Shown here: piece by piece, positions 58,790 through 64,000 of the stretch
How positions within the stretch are numbered: the stretch's first letter is position 1
Layout: each line of letters starts with the position of its first letter
Sequence record: MW349129.1
Direction: 5' to 3' (one strand)
DNA length: 64,000 nt
Notes under the pieces: model-generated
Told to the model about the DNA's origin: nothing
Database searches by the model: none
What the model saw: only the letters and a program-made list of their open reading frames with translations
Translations under genes and position numbers: made by a program

Positions 58790-59848
58790 TTAAAAACTAA
58801 TATTAAAATCATTTTCTAAGTCTTTTCCTATTTCTGCATCTATTTGTTCTGATTCTGATTTACCTTGAACTTCAGCTACTCCAGAATCAATATCAATTTT
58901 ATCAGCTAATTTATTTAAACGTTCAGTAGCTTTATCCTGTTTTTCACGTGCTTTATCTGATAAATCATTATTTCGTTCACCTTCAATGATTTTAACAGCT
59001 TCACGTAAATACTCAGCTATATCAGAACGAGTTTTAATTACTTTAATGTAAGCCTGTTTTGTTAAATATAAAGCTAGCATAGAACCTGCAATGGCTGATA
59101 TTGTGATAGATCCATATATACCAGCTTTTTTAACATTGTTAGCATTTGTTAAGAGTTTATTATCTTTTAAGAATTTACTATCTTTAGCTTTTTTAGCTAA
59201 ATCCACTATATCATCAAAATTAAATTCTTCATTAGCACTTACAAAAGAACCATCAAATTTAAAAATATCTTTAAGCTTTCCTGCTTTATACATTTTTAAA
59301 ACATTTTCCAAAGTATTTACTTCTAAAGAATTTTTATTTTTAAGTTTTTTATCATCAAATTGTAATTTACCATCTTCATTACTGAATCCTAAGAAAAACA
59401 ATTGTGAAGTTAATAACATAACTGTTGATGCTAAAGTAGTATAAACAATCTGACCAACTTCATTACCATTATTAAAACATTTTTTAAAGTTATTTTTTTC
59501 TTTTTCAAGTAAGTTTACAGAATTCTCAATAGTATCAAAAACGGAAATAAGTTTAGGGTCAAAGCTATTAGATTTTTGACTCTTTATGTAATTAAAAGTC
59601 TTTTCAAAATCTTTATAAGCTTTAATCTTTTTAAAATCGCCTTTACTAGAAAGGATCGATTTTAAATTTTTATTTCCAGATTTTTTCAACATTTTTTCAG
59701 ATGTTTTAGAGATTGCAACCGAAAGAGCTTCCATCTTTTCTTCTGGTTCTAATCTTTTAAAAGGTCTGAATGGTAAAGAGAACTCCTGTAAAACTCTTTG
59801 TGTCATTGCATCTTCAGTTAGAAGATGTTTGCTTTCAAGAAGTTCCAC
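58790..59848 (-). CDS. virion structural protein
   Basis: LLES..LLTED propeptide-like N-terminus, two hydrophobic segments, late promoter. Confidence 0.5.
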   Translation of the reverse strand: MELLESKHLLTEDAMTQRVLQEFSLPFRPFKRLEPEEKMEALSVAISKTSEKMLKKSGNKNLKSILSSKGDFKKIKAYKDFEKTFNYIKSQKSNSFDPKLISVFDTIENSVNLLEKEKNNFKKCFNNGNEVGQIVYTTLASTVMLLTSQLFFLGFSNEDGKLQFDDKKLKNKNSLEVNTLENVLKMYKAGKLKDIFKFDGSFVSANEEFNFDDIVDLAKKAKDSKFLKDNKLLTNANNVKKAGIYGSITISAIAGSMLALYLTKQAYIKVIKTRSDIAEYLREAVKIIEGERNNDLSDKAREKQDKATERLNKLADKIDIDSGVAEVQGKSESEQIDAEIGKDLENDFNISF

Positions 59849-59943
59849 AGGGAATCTCCACTTCCTTTCTAGGAGTTAATCCAAATATAATAAAATAATA
59901 AATGAAACCTACACGCTAATATAAATTTTCATTTTATATTTTA

Positions 59944-59955
59944 TAAATTTTTGTT
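59944..59955 (-). promoter_or_regulatory. late promoter AACA-N6-TA
   Basis: AACA-AAAATT-TA, about 95 nt upstream of the 59848 start. Confidence 0.5.
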
Positions 59956-60025
59956 CTAAATATAATTTCATTAATTTATTCAGATTAAGAAATATATCTT
60001 ATTATATAATAACTGTTTCTATTAA

Positions 60026-61552
60026 TTAACGTTTTAATAATTTTTCAAGCATTTCTGAAGTTAAATCTTTTTGATTATTCTTAACTTTGTAAGCACCAAG
60101 TTTACTTTCTTTAATAACTTCAAATTTATTATGATCCGGTAAATATTTATAAACTAATTCTCTAGTTTGATCTAATACAATAAAGTCTAATAAGAAGAAT
60201 TCATTATAAATTTTCTTAGCAGCTCTACGATCAGATAATAAGTCTACGCCAGTTTTACGTTTAACTTCTTGAACTTCATCAATAGTAATCATTAAAGCTG
60301 TTGTTGGAATATAGTTAGCTTTAGCTGACTTAGCAATTCCTGCAGCTTTATTAACTGTATAAAGAGAATTTAATTTGTTCCAGATAGCTCCAGAACGTCC
60401 TCTTTTAGAATCTTGTGCAATTTTCTTAACTTTATCAGCGTCTAATAATAAATCTTTAACTAAACGTAATTCACCTGTAGTAAATTTAACTAATTTAGTT
60501 ACTAAGTTTGAACCACGAGATTTATCAGAAAGATAGAAAATGATGTCTTCAGTTTTAACAACATGAACTACTGTTTTAACACCAAACTTAACTTCTTTAG
60601 GAACTAATACTCCTGGTATAGGTTCACCTTTACTATCAGTTCCCATAAAAGTAACTTTAGAAGAAATAGTTGTAGGTAAAGAAGAATTTATTTTATCTTT
60701 ATCAATAACTACTTTTGCACCGAATTGTTCATCTACATCATTTTTAGCTCCAGAAATATACGAAGAAGACAAATCATTTAAAAATGCATCTAAAACACCA
60801 TCTTCAATTACCATGAAATCTTTCCCATGATCATCTTTGTGTTTTTCACCGTTTAATAGATATTTAATGTTTCTTGAAGGGTCACTTTCTTTAAGATTTT
60901 TAAATTCATATCTTTCAGTTCTAATTTTATCTTTCTCTATTTTATTTCCATTTTTATCTTTTTTACCCTCTTCTACCGTTACTATTTTAACTTTTAAATC
61001 ATAGGTATTTGAGAGCTCTTCTTCTTTTTTAGATTTAAGAAAATCTGCTTCTTTAAAATCAAAATCATAAGTGGTACCTGTATGACCACCTTGTACTTTA
61101 ATTCCTTCATTTAATAATTCTTTCATTTCTTCTCTAGTGATAGTCATATCATTTAAAGAATTCATGTTAAATTTTTCTTCAGGAGTTTCTAATAAATAAT
61201 CATTAGATCTTTTAATATCTCCTTTTGTACTTTCAGCTAAATTTACATTATTATGCAAATCAGCCATAAATGAAGTAGGGTCCTTTGGATTAAATTCTTG
61301 TAAAGGAGAATTCGTTAATACAAAATCAAACTCAAAAGCTCTTTCTAATTCTAACTGATTCCTCATTAATTCAACTGTGTCTTGTTCTATAGTGTCAGAT
61401 GTAACTAAAGGAAATTGTAAGATGAAATCTCCTGCTCTAGATTTCATGGAACGTTTTCTTCTAATATCTTTTTTATAATTTCTTTTTACGCTACTTGGTC
61501 CTATATCTTGTAAGAGTCCTATTACATCTGTAAGTAAATTTACTTTGGCCAA
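60026..61552 (-). CDS. virion (head) structural protein
   Basis: The start is re-called to TTG 61552 because of the AAAGGCGG SD and a late promoter at 61587-61598, which lies inside the track's longer ORF. LxE-type processing sites are present. Confidence 0.6.
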   Translation of the reverse strand: MAKVNLLTDVIGLLQDIGPSSVKRNYKKDIRRKRSMKSRAGDFILQFPLVTSDTIEQDTVELMRNQLELERAFEFDFVLTNSPLQEFNPKDPTSFMADLHNNVNLAESTKGDIKRSNDYLLETPEEKFNMNSLNDMTITREEMKELLNEGIKVQGGHTGTTYDFDFKEADFLKSKKEEELSNTYDLKVKIVTVEEGKKDKNGNKIEKDKIRTERYEFKNLKESDPSRNIKYLLNGEKHKDDHGKDFMVIEDGVLDAFLNDLSSSYISGAKNDVDEQFGAKVVIDKDKINSSLPTTISSKVTFMGTDSKGEPIPGVLVPKEVKFGVKTVVHVVKTEDIIFYLSDKSRGSNLVTKLVKFTTGELRLVKDLLLDADKVKKIAQDSKRGRSGAIWNKLNSLYTVNKAAGIAKSAKANYIPTTALMITIDEVQEVKRKTGVDLLSDRRAAKKIYNEFFLLDFIVLDQTRELVYKYLPDHNKFEVIKESKLGAYKVKNNQKDLTSEMLEKLLKR

Positions 61553-61586
61553 TGTATTTCCGCCTTTCTTTTTCTTATTATTTTTA

Positions 61587-61598
61587 TAAAGATATGTT
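61587..61598 (-). promoter_or_regulatory. late promoter AACA-N6-TA
   Basis: AACA-TATCTT-TA, 35 nt upstream of TTG 61552. Confidence 0.6.
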
Positions 61599-61634
61599 TG
61601 ATCATGAGAATCAATAAAAAAGTAAAAAAAAAAT

Positions 61635-61676
61635 AAATTTAGATATCGTATCAACTAAGACACGATATCTAAATTT
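61635..61676. terminator. hairpin terminator
   Basis: AAATTTAGATATCGT / ACGATATCTAAATTT flanked by A- and T-tracts. Confidence 0.75.
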
Positions 61677-61726
61677 TTTGTGAGTGAGTTATTTTTGAAT
61701 ATCCATCATATTCGAGAAGTTCTATT

Positions 61727-61885
61727 TTAAATTCTATCATAATTAGATAAAATCTCTTTATTTCTAAAATCTTCGGAATCATTCCTTATTACATAAGGTT
61801 CATTTCTTACATTTTCACTAACATTTTCATTAAGTAATTCGATAAAACTTTTTTCTTTCTTTTCTGATACATTATCTTTATTCAA
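61727..61885 (-). CDS. small protein (52 aa, MNKDNVSEKKEKSFIELL...)
   Basis: Read by hand; GGGGAGAG SD, TTG start. Confidence 0.5.
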   Translation of the reverse strand: MNKDNVSEKKEKSFIELLNENVSENVRNEPYVIRNDSEDFRNKEILSNYDRI

Positions 61886-61940
61886 TTTTTGAATCTCTCC
61901 CCATTTATATTACTACTATTAAATATATTACATAAATATG

Positions 61941-62160
61941 TGTGAACGGACTAACCACCTTAAATACAATAGATATGACTGTTTGATTGTTGACCTAATG
62001 TCATTTGGTAATCTTTTTATTGTTTAACTCACTCTGTTCACATTTTGTTATTTTATACTTCCATTCATTTTAGTATAGGGGATCTAAAATGGATCGGCAT
62101 ATTTATATATCTTAGTAGAATATAGTATATTAATGAGAAGTTAATTTCTTAACTTCTCAC
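61941..62160. ncRNA. candidate structured non-coding RNA
   Basis: ORF-free. Nested stems TGTGAACGGA/TCTGTTCACA, ACAATAGA/TTTATTGT and ATGAC/GTCAT; second hairpin CATTTTAG/CTAAAATG; terminal hairpin TGAGAAGTTAA/TTAACTTCTCA. Confidence 0.45.
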
Positions 62161-62162
62161 TT

Positions 62163-62180
62163 TTATAATATATATTTAAA
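62163..62180 (-). promoter_or_regulatory. early promoter motif
   Basis: The reverse complement is TTTAAATATATATTATAA. Confidence 0.65.
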
Positions 62181-62220
62181 AACTATTTACAAAAAAAAAG
62201 AAGAATCTTGAGATTCTTCT

Positions 62221-62730
62221 TTATCTATAAAAACCTGGATTATCTTTTTTCAGTTGTGCTATATAAGCATCCACTCCGTAAAAATGACCATCGTCATCTT
62301 TTTCATAAGGATTAGAAACAGAAATTGGTATATCCTTTTCTTTAGCTTTGAAAGCTATCATTGAGTTAGCTTCATAAAATAGTTTATAATGTTTCATTCT
62401 ATTTATATGTCCCCAACTATAACCATTTCTTTTTAAATAATATTTAGCTTTTTGATAGTCGGACATTACATCTTTATTAAATTGTAATTTATCTAAACCT
62501 TCTTCTTTCATAAAATTATCTTTTTTATTTTCTATTTCTTTTTTTCTTTCATTAATTTCACGAAGTTCTTCTTTTATTCTCTCTTCTTCTATTTTTGCTT
62601 CTTCAATTCTCTTTCTTTCTCTTTCTTTTGCTTCTTTAATTCTCATTCTTTCTCTTTCTTTTTCTTCTTTAATTCTTTTTTGTTTTGCTATTCTTCTATC
62701 ACGTTTAATTTCTTTAATTTTATTTAACAT
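62221..62730 (-). CDS. Lys/Arg/Glu-rich coiled-coil protein
   Basis: 169 aa, AAGGATGG SD. Confidence 0.75.
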   Translation of the reverse strand: MLNKIKEIKRDRRIAKQKRIKEEKERERMRIKEAKERERKRIEEAKIEEERIKEELREINERKKEIENKKDNFMKEEGLDKLQFNKDVMSDYQKAKYYLKRNGYSWGHINRMKHYKLFYEANSMIAFKAKEKDIPISVSNPYEKDDDGHFYGVDAYIAQLKKDNPGFYR

Positions 62731-62861
62731 ATTAATCCATCCTTTTTTATTTTTTTTTATCTATACATATTTACTTCCATTTGAATTTCTCTTCAATAAC
62801 TTCTTTTACTTCTTCTGATATTCCGCTAGAATCCACTTTCTTCTCTTATTTCCTACTCTAC

Positions 62862-62990
62862 TCACTGCTCAAAGTCTGTTTCTCTAATAAGTCTAATAAG
62901 TTCTTCTTTTTCTCTTTCTTTTTCTTCTTTAATTCTTTTCTGTTTTGCTTTTTCTATTTCTTTAATAATTTCTTTAATTTTGTTTAACAT
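62862..62990 (-). CDS. 42 aa truncated paralog of the 62221..62730 N-terminus
   Basis: MLNKIKEIIKEIEKAKQKRIKEEKERE... versus MLNKIKEIKRDRRIAKQKRIKEEKERE...; same SD cassette. Confidence 0.55.
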   Translation of the reverse strand: MLNKIKEIIKEIEKAKQKRIKEEKEREKEELIRLIRETDFEQ

Positions 62991-63023
62991 TTTAAATCCA
63001 TCCTTTTCTTTTATATTCTTCTT

Positions 63024-63143
63024 TTACTTCGTTTGACACTTCGCTAGCTGTTCCTTCATCCACTTACTTCTCTTTTTTGCTGCTTTCATCATTGCTTTTT
63101 TCATCTTGCGATTGTGTATCATTTCATTTATTATCTCTTTCAT
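63024..63143 (-). CDS. 39 aa basic peptide MKEIINEMIHNRKMKKAMMKAAKKRSKWMKEQLAKCQTK
   Basis: Has its own AAGGATGG SD and an upstream early promoter. The DNA is a diverged copy of about 19285-19400 read in the alternative frame. Confidence 0.55.
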   Translation of the reverse strand: MKEIINEMIHNRKMKKAMMKAAKKRSKWMKEQLAKCQTK

Positions 63144-63198
63144 TTTAAATCCATCCTTTTTATTTAAATTAGTTGATTAATAACTATCAACTTCATAA

Positions 63199-63216
63199 TT
63201 ATAATATAAATTTAAA
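63199..63216 (-). promoter_or_regulatory. early promoter motif
   Basis: The reverse complement is TTTAAATTTATATTATAA. Confidence 0.6.
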
Positions 63217-63245
63217 AATTAATTTATTACGGGTAAACATGCTTT

Positions 63246-63257
63246 AACATAGCCTTA
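63246..63257 (+). promoter_or_regulatory. late promoter AACA-N6-TA
   Basis: AACA-TAGCCT-TA, 31 nt upstream of TTG 63289. Confidence 0.6.
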
Positions 63258-63288
63258 TTAAAAATAACGATTGGTGGTGTAAAAGAGA

Positions 63289-64000
63289 TTGGCTGAAGAT
63301 AAGAAAACTACGGAAGAAAAGTTTAAAAAAGCATTAAAAGAAGAGGGAGATATAAAAGAAATAAAATCCTTTAATCCATATAGAATAAAAGATAAAAACT
63401 CAGAGATATTTAATAAAGGATTACCTTTTATTTTCATAACAGCTCCTAGAATAAATCTAGTAGATGAAAATATAGGAAGAGAAAGTTTCTTTCTTTATTT
63501 AAAATCAGTTAAACCTGATTTATTAAAAAGCTTAAATTTTAGTAATAATGGAGCCTTAAGCTCAGGTAGACCTTTCATCCCAATCCTTTCAAATAGATTC
63601 ATGGGAATATCTATTCCCGATACACAAACAACAATGAAAGAATTTCATGAAACATTTTACGGTTATAAACAACATTTACCTGTAGGTACAGTTAACTCAG
63701 TTGCTGGTGGAGAAATAGCTGTAGATTTTGAAGAGAATAAAGAAATAGACGTTATACACTTAATTAAAGCATGGAGTGAATATATAGAAGGTGTAACTAG
63801 AGGTTACTTATTCCCTTCAGAAGATGCTAAAAATAAACGTTATATAGATTATACTAGTTCTATATATTATTTCTTATTAGATTTTGATGGTGAAACTGTA
63901 TTGCATTATTCTAAGTATACTGGTTGTTTCCCTATAAATGTACCTTACGATATATTCTCACAAAATATCGGTGATGATCCAGAAGTTCCTCATGTTTCGA
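63289..64000 (+). CDS. tail tube-like/baseplate tube-initiator protein (3'-truncated by window edge)
   Basis: Open frame MAEDKKTTEEKF... with PFIFITAPRINL, W.EYIEGV.RG and YSKYTGCFPINVP, which resemble T4 gp19/gp48/gp54-type tube folds; late promoter. Confidence 0.6.
   Translation, partial: MAEDKKTTEEKFKKALKEEGDIKEIKSFNPYRIKDKNSEIFNKGLPFIFITAPRINLVDENIGRESFFLYLKSVKPDLLKSLNFSNNGALSSGRPFIPILSNRFMGISIPDTQTTMKEFHETFYGYKQHLPVGTVNSVAGGEIAVDFEENKEIDVIHLIKAWSEYIEGVTRGYLFPSEDAKNKRYIDYTSSIYYFLLDFDGETVLHYSKYTGCFPINVPYDIFSQNIGDDPEVPHVS

Noticed and set aside
61553-61654. Track's N-terminal extension MIRYLNLFFFYFF... of the 60026 ORF
   Set aside because: It runs over a terminator hairpin and a late promoter. 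TTG 61552 has a proper SD.
2770-62987. Many short opposite-strand or out-of-frame ORFs in the track (e.g. 2770-3123, 4825-5013, 13101-13484, 15573-15830, 15581-15841, 15895-16083, 17842-18066, 18434-18637, 19155-19379, 19854-20114, 24060-24242, 28708-28902, 29860-30087, 30103-30567, 31089-31307, 31652-31852, 34391-34573, 36812-37012, 38266-38448, 38811-39023, 40313-40546, 45695-45892, 47885-48094, 51494-51700, 52682-52921, 58013-58213, 59091-59444, 62781-62987)
   Set aside because: They are shadows of well-supported genes, have Ser/Leu/Phe/Ile-rich antisense composition, and lack SD sites and motifs. The 19288-19476 frame is the exception and is discussed as a finding.

Overview
This is a 64 kb, very AT-rich segment of a jumbo myophage of the AR9/PBS1 (phiKZ-related) lineage. 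The host is very probably Staphylococcus, because both cell-wall hydrolases carry a staphylococcal-type SH3b domain. The window holds replication and repair genes: SbcC, the N-terminal half of a split family-B DNA polymerase, an SF2 helicase, RNase H, a 5'-3' exonuclease and a possible SSB. It also holds nucleotide-metabolism genes (dCMP deaminase, NMP kinase) and parts of two multisubunit RNA polymerases (one beta, two beta'-C subunits, and an AR9 gp226-like sigma). Virion genes include the portal, neck, baseplate gp25, a tail chaperone, internal head proteins, an Ig-repeat protein and a deacetylase/beta-helix fibre. A GroEL-like chaperonin, two lysins and a small tRNA region complete the set. 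The ORF track misses several features read directly from the DNA. (1) Two ORF-less minimal group I introns (153 nt in the DNA polymerase gene, 165 nt in RNAP beta) whose removal restores conserved motifs in frame. (2) A probable -1 programmed frameshift in the tail chaperone gene. (3) Early (TATATTAT) and late (AACA-N6-TA) promoter sets that fit AR9-type transcription and suggest a uracil-containing genome. (4) A structured ~220 nt intergenic RNA candidate. (5) An aberrant tRNA followed by hairpins with anticodon-like loops. (6) Small genes near 63 kb that appear to derive from the alternative reading frame of a gene 44 kb away. All protein assignments rest on motifs recognised by eye and on recalled homologs; no searches were run.
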